DNA from: a virus
DNA length: 44,466 nucleotides
IMG/VR virus record: IMGVR_UViG_3300020536_000001
Span: 1-44,466 of that record
Reading direction: 5' to 3' (one strand)
The notes below the pieces were generated by a model. The model saw nothing but the letters and a program-made list of their open reading frames with translations, did not search any database and had not been told where the DNA came from. A program made the position numbers and the translations under genes. Shown here in pieces: positions 17,627-26,963 of this stretch (position 1 is its first letter; every line of letters starts with the position of its first letter).

Positions 17627-18445
17627 ATGTCTATTGACTCCAAAGAAATGTCTAAGTGGCTCTTTGACCAAGAGAAAGAGTTTGAAAGCCTTGACCAATT
17701 CAAGGAAGAGCTTGCCAAGAAATATGTCGCTCGTGAGGTGGCCGTTGATGACGAGGACATCCGCAACAAGGTAACGGGCAAGACGCTCGGAAGCCTTGAG
17801 ACCAAGTTTAAGCGTTCCTTCAACCTCACCGAGGAGGATGTCAAGGGCAAGAAGTTGTCGGATTTGTTTGAGGTTGCCCAGCAGCGCATTCAAGCTCAAG
17901 TGGATGAGCTGAAAGCTCAGGCTCAAAACACGGGCAAGGACGATGAAGCCTACAAGGCGCAGCTTGCCGAACTGAAAAGGCAGAAGTCTGAGTACGAAAC
18001 CTTGGCAGGGGAGTTGACGCAGAAGTTGGAGCAGAAGGAGTTGGAATCGCAGAAAGCGATTGACAATTACATTGTGAATCAAGAGGTTATGAAGATTAAG
18101 TCAAGCCTCGCCTGGAGCGATTCTGTCAATACCTATGCGAAAAAAGGCTTTGACATAGAATTGAATGAAAAGTATATCTTTGCATTGTCGGATGGGAAGT
18201 TGATGGTGACGGACAAGCAGGGCAACCAAATCAAAAACGAGAAGGGGACCGGCTATCTGACACCAGAGGAGTTGGTGAAGAGCGAAGCGGAGAAAGCTCA
18301 AATGCTCAAAAAGGCAGGCGAGGCAGGAGGAAGAGAGTCGGCCGCATCTGTTCGCACCACTTCATCCCAAAGACAAGAGACCGCTATTGAGCGGCACTTG
18401 CACCCAAGAGCCGTAAAACATAGACAAGAATTGAACGCACGATGA
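17627..18445 (+). CDS. Scaffolding protein, 272 aa
   Basis: K/E/Q-rich sequence with coiled-coil character, immediately upstream of the capsid gene. Confidence 0.6.
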   Translation: MSIDSKEMSKWLFDQEKEFESLDQFKEELAKKYVAREVAVDDEDIRNKVTGKTLGSLETKFKRSFNLTEEDVKGKKLSDLFEVAQQRIQAQVDELKAQAQNTGKDDEAYKAQLAELKRQKSEYETLAGELTQKLEQKELESQKAIDNYIVNQEVMKIKSSLAWSDSVNTYAKKGFDIELNEKYIFALSDGKLMVTDKQGNQIKNEKGTGYLTPEELVKSEAEKAQMLKKAGEAGGRESAASVRTTSSQRQETAIERHLHPRAVKHRQELNAR

Positions 18446-18528
18446 TGTGTCTTGGGAGACAATAAATCCCATAGTGCCTGGCTTGGCAATCAATAGCCTC
18501 AATCAAACTTTGTTTTACTTCTAACAAA

Positions 18529-19587
18529 ATGTCTTACGCTTTTTCATCCTTTGTATCGTGTCCCGATATTCAAGGTCGTTTGGATGATGGCTATTTCAAT
18601 GCCGACCCAACGATGTTCCCCGGACACATCAACACTCTTCGGGCGATCACCTCTCCGATGAACGAATCTGGTATCATTCAGAACCAGATTGACACCAAGA
18701 ACGGCCATTACCGCCAGGTGGAAGTTGTCTATCAGCCTCGTATGAACGATGTAGGTACCACAACCTCCGCTGAGTTGAATTGTGCCGCTGGCCCCACCTA
18801 TGGTGAGACTTCAACCGTTTACAACATCAATCCTGCGGTCGGGGCTTCTCGCCGTTGGTCTGTTGGGTTGGACGATTTGGCTCCTCGTTGTGAGAATGAC
18901 GAGAACTATATCGCTCGGCAGTTGGCGATGAATTTGCAGGCTCTCAAGCGTTTTATGAACGAAGAGGCCGTGAATTACATCTCCACCAATTTCGGTAAGT
19001 TCGCCTATGGTGCAGGCTCTACTGTTGACGGAACTCGTAGCTTGATGACCACCAAGACCAAAAACACCACCAATGGTTGGTTCTTGGATGATTATCTCTC
19101 CGATGTGACCTATCAGTATCAGCTTGCTGAAGGTTGGGATCGCCCCATCATCATCGGTGGTGAGCTTTCTCACAAGTACATGACCGCATTGAAGTCGCAT
19201 TGCTGTGCCACGGTGAATGTTGACCTTCAGGCTATGATGAACTCGGACGCTCAGTCCTACTTCTTCTTTGAGCCAAAGGCCGACAGCACTTTCGGTGCCG
19301 GTGAGTTCGCTTTCCTCGCCCCAGGCGGTGTTCAGCTGATTCGCTACAATGCCTTCCGTGGTGCCAATGGCATCCGTGTAATTGATGACCAATCCATCAA
19401 GAAGGGTACGATTTCCGACCCCGAAACCGGCTTGGAATTTGATTACTACGCTCAGTTGGATTGCAACACCTGGAAGTTCTTCCTGGGTCTTTCCTACAAG
19501 TATGTGGATCTGCCTGCTGACCTCTTCTTCAACGATGACGATTTGGCTGGTGTGAATTACATCTTCAACGGTAAGGTGTCCAACTAA
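18529..19587 (+). CDS. Major capsid protein, 352 aa
   Basis: Position after the scaffold, own upstream gap, strong terminator downstream, and size typical of HK97-fold capsids. Confidence 0.7.
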   Translation: MSYAFSSFVSCPDIQGRLDDGYFNADPTMFPGHINTLRAITSPMNESGIIQNQIDTKNGHYRQVEVVYQPRMNDVGTTTSAELNCAAGPTYGETSTVYNINPAVGASRRWSVGLDDLAPRCENDENYIARQLAMNLQALKRFMNEEAVNYISTNFGKFAYGAGSTVDGTRSLMTTKTKNTTNGWFLDDYLSDVTYQYQLAEGWDRPIIIGGELSHKYMTALKSHCCATVNVDLQAMMNSDAQSYFFFEPKADSTFGAGEFAFLAPGGVQLIRYNAFRGANGIRVIDDQSIKKGTISDPETGLEFDYYAQLDCNTWKFFLGLSYKYVDLPADLFFNDDDLAGVNYIFNGKVSN

Positions 19588-19609
19588 TCCTTCGGGATTA
19601 TGCTCAAGG

Positions 19610-19640
19610 AAGGGGGTGCGAAAGCATCCCCTTTTTTGTT
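19610..19640 (+). terminator. Rho-independent terminator after the capsid gene
   Basis: Stem AAGGGGGTGC / GCATCCCCTT (10 bp, one G-U), GAAA loop; the T-tract begins within the 3' arm (TTTTTTGTT, 19632..19640). Confidence 0.85.
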
Positions 19641-19641
19641 T

Positions 19642-19649
19642 TAACTTTG
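19642..19649 (+). promoter_or_regulatory. TAnnTTTG box (TAACTTTG) just after the capsid terminator
   Basis: Overlaps the TTG start used in the ORF track (19647), which favours the ATG at 19677. Confidence 0.3.
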
Positions 19650-19676
19650 TCCAATGAGTATCTTAATCTTGCCAAA

Positions 19677-20693
19677 ATGAGTAATTGCTGGGATAATGTC
19701 ATCGGGATTCGTGGTTTGTGTGATGCAAGCACGCCTCCGATTAGCGGTTTGTATATCAATGACTTGACAGGCATTAGCCTTGCAGACCTTGATTCGGGCG
19801 TGAATGAGGAGGACAAGACCGCCTATACCTTGATTCAGCGCAAGATTGACCAAGCGGCCAATATGCTGAAAGCGGAGTCCTTGGCCTATTTGCAGAGTCG
19901 CTGGAATTACACCACATCGTCCTGGACGGGCGATTTAGGCTTTTATGCCGAATCGGTCTTGCCTTTGTCTGCTTCTGCCGTATGGCGAGGCATTGGGATG
20001 CGTTATCGCCAGGTTGATTACATCGGAGTCACCATAAGCTCTGTAAGCCTTCTTCTCCCCGTGAGTGGCACTATACCTGTCCAGGTCGTTGATTTGCGTA
20101 CAGGAGTCACCTTAGACACCTTCAACGTCACGGCCGTGGCCAACTCGGTGTCTCGCCTCGTGGTGAACAAAACCTATCAGTCCAATGGCCAAATGTTGAA
20201 CTTGGCCGTCCTTTACGATGCGACCTCGGTGGCCTCGTTTCAGACGAGTCTTTACCCGACTTATGGATGCAGCAGTTGCGGTCGGAGCGGAGGTGCTTAC
20301 GGATGGAACGACAATATGCTTGAGAGGGCGATAGAGATTTCAACGGCAGGGCAGCGTATTGAGAGCAACATTGCAGGAGGAAGTTTCACGGGTGGCTTGA
20401 GTGTTCAATACCAGGTCACTTGCAGCTTTGAGTCGCTTTTGTGCGCTCATGTCACGCAACTCGGCTATCCTTTGCTTTACAAGACGGGGATGTTGCTTTT
20501 GAAGGAGATGGAGTTCTCCAAGCGTTTGAATGGCGTGATTGTGTTTAACAGGGACATGAACCAAGAGTTGTCCAACTATTACCAAGCCCAATACGACCAA
20601 TATATGCAGCGATACTTTGAGCAAGCGAACTTGCCAGAGGGCGGTTGTTTTGCGTGCAGGCAGAGGGTAAGGCAGGCTTCTCGCATACCGTAA
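19677..20693 (+). CDS. Hypothetical virion protein, 338 aa
   Basis: ATG MSNCWDNVIGIRG...; sits in the head-to-tail joining region by synteny. Confidence 0.6.
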   Translation: MSNCWDNVIGIRGLCDASTPPISGLYINDLTGISLADLDSGVNEEDKTAYTLIQRKIDQAANMLKAESLAYLQSRWNYTTSSWTGDLGFYAESVLPLSASAVWRGIGMRYRQVDYIGVTISSVSLLLPVSGTIPVQVVDLRTGVTLDTFNVTAVANSVSRLVVNKTYQSNGQMLNLAVLYDATSVASFQTSLYPTYGCSSCGRSGGAYGWNDNMLERAIEISTAGQRIESNIAGGSFTGGLSVQYQVTCSFESLLCAHVTQLGYPLLYKTGMLLLKEMEFSKRLNGVIVFNRDMNQELSNYYQAQYDQYMQRYFEQANLPEGGCFACRQRVRQASRIP

Positions 20694-20697
20694 AGAG

Positions 20698-21147
20698 GTG
20701 GACATTAAGGATTACATACAAAAACTTGAAACGCAGAAGTCTTCCTTGGCAAGGCACTTGGCTTCATCGCTTAACGAGGCGGCTCCGCAAACGCAAGAGC
20801 AAGAGGTTTTGCCGAGGATTTTTGAGAAGGGTCTGAAGCCCGATTTAGCCAAGATTGGGAACTATAAGAGCGACAAGTACAAGGGGGTCCGAAGGAGGGC
20901 GGGGCTTCAAGTGGCCTTTATTGACATGAAGTTCACGGGCGATTTGAGATCCGAGTTCAGCACTCCCAAGAAGAACTTGATCGGCTCCAAGCCCAAGGTT
21001 GAGTTTATGGTTGTGAGCGAGTTGAACACCAAGAAAGTTGTTGACAATGAAGCCCGTAGAGGCACTATCTTTGGGTTAGCGAGCAAGGAAAAGGCTTATT
21101 TCGTTGACCTACTGACCAAGTTATTCTTTAGCAAAGTATTCAAATGA
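20698..21147 (+). CDS. Hypothetical protein, 149 aa (connector/adaptor-sized)
   Basis: GTG start and same-strand packing. Confidence 0.55.
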   Translation: MDIKDYIQKLETQKSSLARHLASSLNEAAPQTQEQEVLPRIFEKGLKPDLAKIGNYKSDKYKGVRRRAGLQVAFIDMKFTGDLRSEFSTPKKNLIGSKPKVEFMVVSELNTKKVVDNEARRGTIFGLASKEKAYFVDLLTKLFFSKVFK

Positions 21148-21773
21148 TAGCGACCCAGGTTATTGACGAGATATTCACTCGCTTGAATGCTTACAAGTTG
21201 GTGAGGCACACGGGCTTTGCCGAGTTGTTACCCGATAGGGACGGCAAGATCATCCCGGCCATTTACTGCAACAACGGCGATTACAAGCACGTTGTGGACG
21301 ATTACGATTGGAGCGAGGGCATTGCCTACATCCGTTACAATGGAAGGGAGCGTGCAGAGGTTACGGACGAGAACAACTTTATTGGGTGTCAGGACCTGCT
21401 CCGCATCGTTTATCCGTTGACCTTGGTGATTATCGGCAAGCGTAAGGGCAAGCGTCCTTACGAGGTCGCATCGCTCGTTCAGGGCAAGATTAGCGGTATG
21501 TACGAGGCTTTGGCCACGACTGTCGGTGCGGTGAGTATTGATGTCACTTCCATCACGGCCAATTACTCCATCAAGGAGAACCTTGACACCGAGTTTGAGG
21601 GGGCGAAGGTCGTGTGGGACACGGCTTTGTATATGATTGCCTTGGATTTGGAGGTGGAGGTGATTGGCGATGCTTCTTGCCTAAACACCGAGGAGCCTTG
21701 CGATTACAACACTCTGGCCGTTGATGCCCAGGATGATTTTTCTTACGATGGCGATAATGTTTTAACCTATTGA
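21144..21773 (+). CDS. Hypothetical protein, 209 aa
   Basis: ATGA overlap with the upstream gene. Confidence 0.6.
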   Translation: MIATQVIDEIFTRLNAYKLVRHTGFAELLPDRDGKIIPAIYCNNGDYKHVVDDYDWSEGIAYIRYNGRERAEVTDENNFIGCQDLLRIVYPLTLVIIGKRKGKRPYEVASLVQGKISGMYEALATTVGAVSIDVTSITANYSIKENLDTEFEGAKVVWDTALYMIALDLEVEVIGDASCLNTEEPCDYNTLAVDAQDDFSYDGDNVLTY

Positions 21774-21774
21774 T

Positions 21775-22347
21775 ATGGCACGCAAAAGAATCAGGGACTT
21801 AGATGCCCAAGCATCCATTACCAGCACGCTCAAGTTAGCGGTTGACGATACCTCTTTGCCGGAAGCAAAGAGTATAAGCATCTCTCAGTTGGATGCTCGT
21901 TATTCCTCTGCTTTTGCCCCTTGCTTTATTGAATGGTTTCAATCGTCTTCGGAGGCTACCAACATATCGCAACAGAATGTCTTTCAAAAGTTCACGATAA
22001 GCTCCGCTTCCGCAGGGGTTACTTCTGCGAATGGACTTGCGGTTAACTCGCAGGGAAGGGTTACATACACGGGGGCAACGGCAATCTTTCGTGTTCAGGT
22101 GTTCGCCTCTATATCGGGGCAAAACAATGATGACATTCATATAGCGATTGCATTGAACAATTCTGTTTTAGCAAAGACAGAGCAATCCCTCATATTGGGG
22201 TCTGGAGGAAAGGATGGCGGCGTTGGCACGCAATGTTTGGTAAGCGTTGCCTCTTCGGGGTTTTTGGATATTTTCGTTAAAAACGCAACCGCTACAAGTG
22301 CCGTAACTTTGCAGAAGATTATTGTGATTGTTGAAAAAATAGCTTGA
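21775..22347 (+). CDS. Hypothetical virion protein, 190 aa; possible small fibre or knob
   Basis: N-terminus RIRDLDAQASITSTLKLAVDD..SISISQL resembles fibre N-termini, and the C-terminal half is beta-rich. Weak. Confidence 0.5.
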   Translation: MARKRIRDLDAQASITSTLKLAVDDTSLPEAKSISISQLDARYSSAFAPCFIEWFQSSSEATNISQQNVFQKFTISSASAGVTSANGLAVNSQGRVTYTGATAIFRVQVFASISGQNNDDIHIAIALNNSVLAKTEQSLILGSGGKDGGVGTQCLVSVASSGFLDIFVKNATATSAVTLQKIIVIVEKIA

Positions 22348-22348
22348 T

Positions 22349-22864
22349 ATGGCATTAGCACGGCTCACATCGTTTTCGTTCGGGGAGAAGTTATTGACTT
22401 TGACCTATGCCAATTCGCAGACCTATTATGTCTCCTATGCCCATTTGGTCGCTTTTGAGCTTGACCCCCGAACCACAGACCCAAAGGTTTACATCTATAC
22501 GCACGGAGAGACGAGTGAAACGCTCTTTGTGAGCAGTAGCGATCTTGTGGCCCTGGGGAGTAGCATTAGTGCATTCTTGGCCTCGTTGCAAGGCGTGATG
22601 GTGAATCAGCTCTTTTGGTTTGAGATATGGGCGAATTTTCTCGCTCGTGCCAAGGCCAATTCTGCGTTGACCCCCGAACTCGCAAGCACTTGCGGTCGGT
22701 ATTTCCGATACGAATTGAATCCTCCCTTGGTCCCTACGGCCACGGAGGATTATGCAGACTTCTGGTACTTCAATCAGCGGTGCGACAACGATAGTGCCAC
22801 CGTGAAGGAGGCATCGGCCTATAATTGTTTGCTCACGAGGTTTTCAGCCTTAAATCCGAATTAA
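22349..22864 (+). CDS. Hypothetical protein, 171 aa; its N-terminal ~80 aa are paralogous to 25343..25597
   Basis: MALARLTSFSFGEKLLTLTYANSQTYYVSY...SSSDLVALGSSISAFLASL compared with MALPTLTARTFGSTQLQLTYADGRQYFLNY...TNGDLVALGTTAAAFLSTL. Confidence 0.65.
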   Translation: MALARLTSFSFGEKLLTLTYANSQTYYVSYAHLVAFELDPRTTDPKVYIYTHGETSETLFVSSSDLVALGSSISAFLASLQGVMVNQLFWFEIWANFLARAKANSALTPELASTCGRYFRYELNPPLVPTATEDYADFWYFNQRCDNDSATVKEASAYNCLLTRFSALNPN

Positions 22865-22866
22865 CG

Positions 22867-24141
22867 ATGTCCAATCCATCTTTTCTGAATGTCCCTTACC
22901 GCTTTAAGGCCGGGACTTTGTATAGCCAAATCCCTGAGAGCGGTCTTGGTGATTTGACCGTAACTCGTGCGACCACTCCAACAGCCAATCTTTCAACGAG
23001 GGTTAATGCTTCGGGCTTCATTGAACTCGTTGCCAACAATGTCCCTCGTCTTGATTATCCTTTGGGGGGAATTGCAAATGGATGTCCTGCGTTGCTTGTT
23101 GAACCGAGTGCGCAGAACTTGGCATTACAGAGCGAGAATTTCGGGACCACTTGGAGTTCTGTTGCTTTGCTTGCATTTGGAAGCGGAAGCGTCTTGAATA
23201 CAACCGCAACTCTTGACCCATACGGCACAAATGTTGCCGACTTGATTGTTGCAAATACCTCGGTTACCCAACACAGAGTTGACCAAACAACTGTTTCTGC
23301 GGCTGGAAGTTATACATTTTCCATTTTTCTTAAAGCCGCAGGATATGGGTTTGCAAGGCTTCGGATAGGTGGAACGGGTGCTATTTTTAACCTTACCACA
23401 GGAGTGGTTAGTGCAACAGATACAGGCATCGTTTCTTCAATCCAATCTTATGGAAATGGATGGTATCGTTGCATTGCTTCAAAAGCGGTTTCAGTCGCAA
23501 ACGAGATTATCCGTGTTAATGTTCAATCAACTCAAAGCAGCGCAGACTTTGGAGGCGATGGGACTTCGGGCATATACATCTTTGGCAGCCAATATGAGTT
23601 AGGGGCGGTCGCAACCTCTTACATCCCCACAACAACCGCCGCCATAACCCGTGGCGCAGAGGCCGTAAACAAGACGGGCGTGAGTTCATTGATTGGACAA
23701 ACCGAGGGGACGATTTATGCAGAGGTAGATTTGCGAGCGTTAAGTGTGGCGAGGAGTATTTTTGGGGTTTCTCTTAATTCAAATACAACCGATTTCGCTA
23801 ACATTCAAATAAATGCTTCAAATCGGATTTTTGCAAGAATACGCTCAAATACCGGAACGCTTCAAGATATAACGGCAAGTTCAACCATTACGGGTATAAC
23901 AAAAATCGCTATGGCTTATGGCTCAAGCGGAAGTGTTCTCGCTATTAACGGAGCAATAATAGGAACAAACCCAAGTGGCATTCCAACTTGGGCAAGTAGC
24001 GTTAATTTCGTTCATGTCGGTAACGGCCCATCCGCTGTATCGGGATCTACTCAAGGTGGATTCTTCAACGACTGCATCCGCTCCTCTGCCATCTACTCAA
24101 CAAGGCTTACCGACACTCAACTCCAGGCCCTCACAACCTAA
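22867..24141 (+). CDS. Tail fibre / LamG-type lectin-fold protein 1, 424 aa
   Basis: ATG MSNPSFLNVPYRFKAGTLYSQIPESG. C-terminus ...IRSSAIYSTRLTDTQLQALTT is typical of LamG-domain ends. Paralogue of the next gene. Confidence 0.7.
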   Translation: MSNPSFLNVPYRFKAGTLYSQIPESGLGDLTVTRATTPTANLSTRVNASGFIELVANNVPRLDYPLGGIANGCPALLVEPSAQNLALQSENFGTTWSSVALLAFGSGSVLNTTATLDPYGTNVADLIVANTSVTQHRVDQTTVSAAGSYTFSIFLKAAGYGFARLRIGGTGAIFNLTTGVVSATDTGIVSSIQSYGNGWYRCIASKAVSVANEIIRVNVQSTQSSADFGGDGTSGIYIFGSQYELGAVATSYIPTTTAAITRGAEAVNKTGVSSLIGQTEGTIYAEVDLRALSVARSIFGVSLNSNTTDFANIQINASNRIFARIRSNTGTLQDITASSTITGITKIAMAYGSSGSVLAINGAIIGTNPSGIPTWASSVNFVHVGNGPSAVSGSTQGGFFNDCIRSSAIYSTRLTDTQLQALTT

Positions 24142-24144
24142 GAT

Positions 24145-25308
24145 ATGTCCACTCCTTCTCTCCTAAACATCCCGTATGTCATAAAGGCTGGCACTCTTTA
24201 CAGCCAAATCCCCGAAACAGGGGCAGGCGATTTTGTGGTTACTCGTGCCACCACGCCCACGGCCAATCGTTCCACGAGAATCAATGCCGATGGCTTACTT
24301 GAACTCGTAAATGACAATGTGCCGAGGTTGGATTATCCAGTTGGTGGAGCGGTGAATGGGTGTCCTGCTTTGTTGGTGGAGCCTGCTGCTACAAACTCAA
24401 ATCCAAACAGCAATACATTTTCGGTTGAAACGGCTCCTGTTGCTACCGTTGTTCAAAATCAAGTTGACCCATTTGGCAATCCTAATTCGGCTTGGCTAAT
24501 GAGCGGTGCGGATAGCGCATCCGACTCAGCGAGTGCGAATAACGTTAGAATCATTCAATCAGGTTTAGCTTCTAATATTTATACCTGCTCAATTTATATA
24601 AAAAGCCCAACAGGAAGTCCTGTTACTTTTAGGTATAGGCAAACCGCTGGAGGAGTCATAAGTGGTTCAACCGTGGTTAGCGGTTCTGGGTTTCAAAGGA
24701 TTCAACTCACAAGTCCAAACACAGATACAAGTTCTCGCTTTATCATTTATACCACAGGTGGCGAACCTATAATCATTTCATGCCATCAACTTGAAACAGG
24801 CACCGTTGCCACTTCCTACATCCCCACCACCACCGTGGCCATTACTCGTGCTGCGGATGTGATAAATAAGACGAGCATCGCCTCGTTAATAGGGCAGACC
24901 GAGGGAACGATTTATGCAGAGGTGGATATTTCTGCATTTGTTACAGGTAAGAGGCTTGTTGAGTTATCTAATGGTAGTGCAGCAAATAGAATGGTAATAA
25001 GTGTTCAAGGCTCTCTTATTCAATTTTTGGTTCAAAACGCAAGTTCTACACAAGCAACGATTGATAGCGCAACATTAAGCGCGGGAAGATTTAAGGTTGC
25101 TGCTGCATACGCATCAAACGATTTTGTTTTTTATGTGAATGGCGTTAAAGCAGGTGAAGATTTTATTGGAACAGTTCCTACTCTTAATCAAATTAACATA
25201 GGAAGCACTTGGAACTCAATTCTACAATTCAACGACCGCATCCGTGCCGCTGCCATCTACCCCAACCGCCTTACGAACGCTCAACTCCAAACCCTCACCA
25301 CCCCATAA
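24145..25308 (+). CDS. Tail fibre / LamG-type lectin-fold protein 2, 387 aa
   Basis: Shares its N-terminal ~95 aa, the central ATSYIPTTT.AITR...SLIGQTEGTIYAEVD block and the C-terminal RLT..QLQ.LTT with fibre 1. The intervening domains differ. Confidence 0.7.
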   Translation: MSTPSLLNIPYVIKAGTLYSQIPETGAGDFVVTRATTPTANRSTRINADGLLELVNDNVPRLDYPVGGAVNGCPALLVEPAATNSNPNSNTFSVETAPVATVVQNQVDPFGNPNSAWLMSGADSASDSASANNVRIIQSGLASNIYTCSIYIKSPTGSPVTFRYRQTAGGVISGSTVVSGSGFQRIQLTSPNTDTSSRFIIYTTGGEPIIISCHQLETGTVATSYIPTTTVAITRAADVINKTSIASLIGQTEGTIYAEVDISAFVTGKRLVELSNGSAANRMVISVQGSLIQFLVQNASSTQATIDSATLSAGRFKVAAAYASNDFVFYVNGVKAGEDFIGTVPTLNQINIGSTWNSILQFNDRIRAAAIYPNRLTNAQLQTLTTP

Positions 25309-25342
25309 AAATTCGCCCATTCTTTAATAAATTTGACGCACT

Positions 25343-25597
25343 ATGGCACTACCTACCTTAACCGCAAGAACCTTCGGCTCAACGCAATTACAACTCACAT
25401 ACGCTGACGGAAGGCAATACTTCCTTAATTATCGGGACATTATCTCCACGGAGCTTGATGCAACCGATGGCATTACAAAGGTGCGGATTTACCTTTCGGG
25501 GACTTTGGACGAGTCCATATTCGTGACCAATGGAGACCTTGTGGCCCTTGGAACCACGGCAGCAGCATTCCTGTCCACCCTCAACACTTACTTGTAA
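25343..25597 (+). CDS. Hypothetical protein, 84 aa, paralogue of the N-terminus of 22349..22864
   Basis: See the alignment under 22349..22864. A TAAATTTG box lies at 25328..25335. Confidence 0.65.
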   Translation: MALPTLTARTFGSTQLQLTYADGRQYFLNYRDIISTELDATDGITKVRIYLSGTLDESIFVTNGDLVALGTTAAAFLSTLNTYL

Positions 25598-25905
25598 TGG
25601 ATATCAAGCAGGCATTGACGGAACTCGGCATTAATGTCGGGATGTCCGTAGGGGGCTTTCTCGGAAGCCTCGTCCTCGTAGGAAAGCAAAAGGGAGCATC
25701 TTTACGCACCCAACTCTTCTCCATCCTCGCAGGAACCTTGTCTGCCAATTACCTTACCCCTCTCGCTATCACCTTCCTTGGTATTGAACTTGAATCCGCT
25801 CAATTCGCTATGGCCTTCCTTGTTGGCTTCAGCGGTTTGAGGGTCGTGGAAACGCTCTCCAATTACTTCCATAAGAAAGTTGAATCCAAAGGCGATGAGT
25901 CTTGA
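25597..25905 (+). CDS. Holin candidate, 102 aa
   Basis: Three hydrophobic segments and a charged C-terminus. Lies directly upstream of and overlapping the endolysin gene. Confidence 0.6.
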   Translation: MDIKQALTELGINVGMSVGGFLGSLVLVGKQKGASLRTQLFSILAGTLSANYLTPLAITFLGIELESAQFAMAFLVGFSGLRVVETLSNYFHKKVESKGDES

Positions 25906-26503
25906 GCAACGCCTTTCCCCAAGAGTCCCCAAGCTCGTTATAGACCGCTTCCTTGAAATACAGGAGCGGTTTTCTATTAATACCGACCTTCGGATTGCTC
26001 ACTTCTTTGCTCAAACGGCCCACGAATCGGCCAACTTCACCACGACCAAGGAGAACTTCAATTACTCCGCCTCACGGCTCTTAAAGGTCTTCCCAAGGCA
26101 TTTCAACAAGGACACGGCCAAGTTATACGCAAGGGATTACATCGCCATAGCCAACAAGGTCTATGCGAACCGCTTTGGCAATACCGAACTTGGGGATGGA
26201 TGGAAATACCGAGGCCGTGGGTACATTATGACCACCTTCAAGGCCAATTACGCTGAACTTGACAAACTCGTCCCCGAAGACCTTTTGGAGAACCCCGAAC
26301 TCGTGGCCGGGAGGTATGCGATGCTATCGGCGGGCTACTTCTGGCATAGCCGTAAACTCAACGCCCTTGCCGACAAAGGCTCCGATGTCGCAACGATTAC
26401 CCGAATCACCAACAAGATAAACGGAGGCATCATCGGCCTGGATGACCGCATCGCTAAGTTCAACGAGTTCTACGACCTGCTCACCAAAGGCCAAACCGCT
26501 TAA
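25895..26503 (+). CDS. Endolysin, glycoside hydrolase family 19 (chitinase-like)
   Basis: RIAHFFAQTAHESANF...GDGWKYRGRGYIMTTFKANY matches the GH19 phage-lysin signature. An alternative TTG start is at 25880. Confidence 0.85.
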   Translation: MSLEQRLSPRVPKLVIDRFLEIQERFSINTDLRIAHFFAQTAHESANFTTTKENFNYSASRLLKVFPRHFNKDTAKLYARDYIAIANKVYANRFGNTELGDGWKYRGRGYIMTTFKANYAELDKLVPEDLLENPELVAGRYAMLSAGYFWHSRKLNALADKGSDVATITRITNKINGGIIGLDDRIAKFNEFYDLLTKGQTA

Positions 26504-26531
26504 TTATATTTGAACCACAAAACGATTCATT

Positions 26532-26693
26532 ATGCCACTCACTAAAGCCAAGGGTTATGGGAAAAAAGCCACCCAAAAAGCCGTCTCCAAAAACATCAAA
26601 GAGCTTACAGAAGCCAACAAATCCAAGCCTAAAAGCAAGAAGCGAAGCAGGAGTCAGATTGCCGCTATTGCCTATTCTGCTGCACGCAAGTGA
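26532..26693 (+). CDS. Small basic protein, 53 aa (DUF6496-like by memory)
   Basis: Hand translation: MPLTKAKGYGKKATQKAVSKNIKELTEANKSKPKSKKRSRSQIAAIAYSAARK. A TATATTTG box lies at 26505..26512. It is below the ORF-track length cutoff. Confidence 0.55.
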   Translation: MPLTKAKGYGKKATQKAVSKNIKELTEANKSKPKSKKRSRSQIAAIAYSAARK

Positions 26694-26699
26694 TTTTGA

Positions 26700-26963
26700 A
26701 TGCTGAATAAGATGGAGAACAATACCGTAAAAATCCGTTTTGAGATTGACCTTGAACTCTTGAGCAAAATTGAGGACTTGGCCGAAGAAACCGGGCAGAC
26801 CATTAAGGAGACAATGGTTAAGGCTTTGACCGATTATGTTGAACTCTACGAGGACACGGGAGCGGAGTCGCTTGGCGATCACCTGGAACCTTACGAGACC
26901 ACCGAGGAGACTGACGATGATGGGCAGATAATTCGGGTGTTCCCCGAAGACGATGGCTGTTAA
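26700..26963 (+). CDS. Ribbon-helix-helix-like protein with an acidic tail, 87 aa
   Basis: VKIRFEIDLELLSKIEDLAEETGQTIKETMVKALTDYV followed by a D/E-rich C-terminus. Confidence 0.55.
   Translation: MLNKMENNTVKIRFEIDLELLSKIEDLAEETGQTIKETMVKALTDYVELYEDTGAESLGDHLEPYETTEETDDDGQIIRVFPEDDGC

Noticed and set aside
22867-25308. Diversity-generating retroelement acting on the paralogous fibre genes
   Set aside because: There is no reverse transcriptase ORF anywhere in the window. I found no template/variable repeat pair with adenine-specific differences. The paralogues differ by whole-domain replacement.
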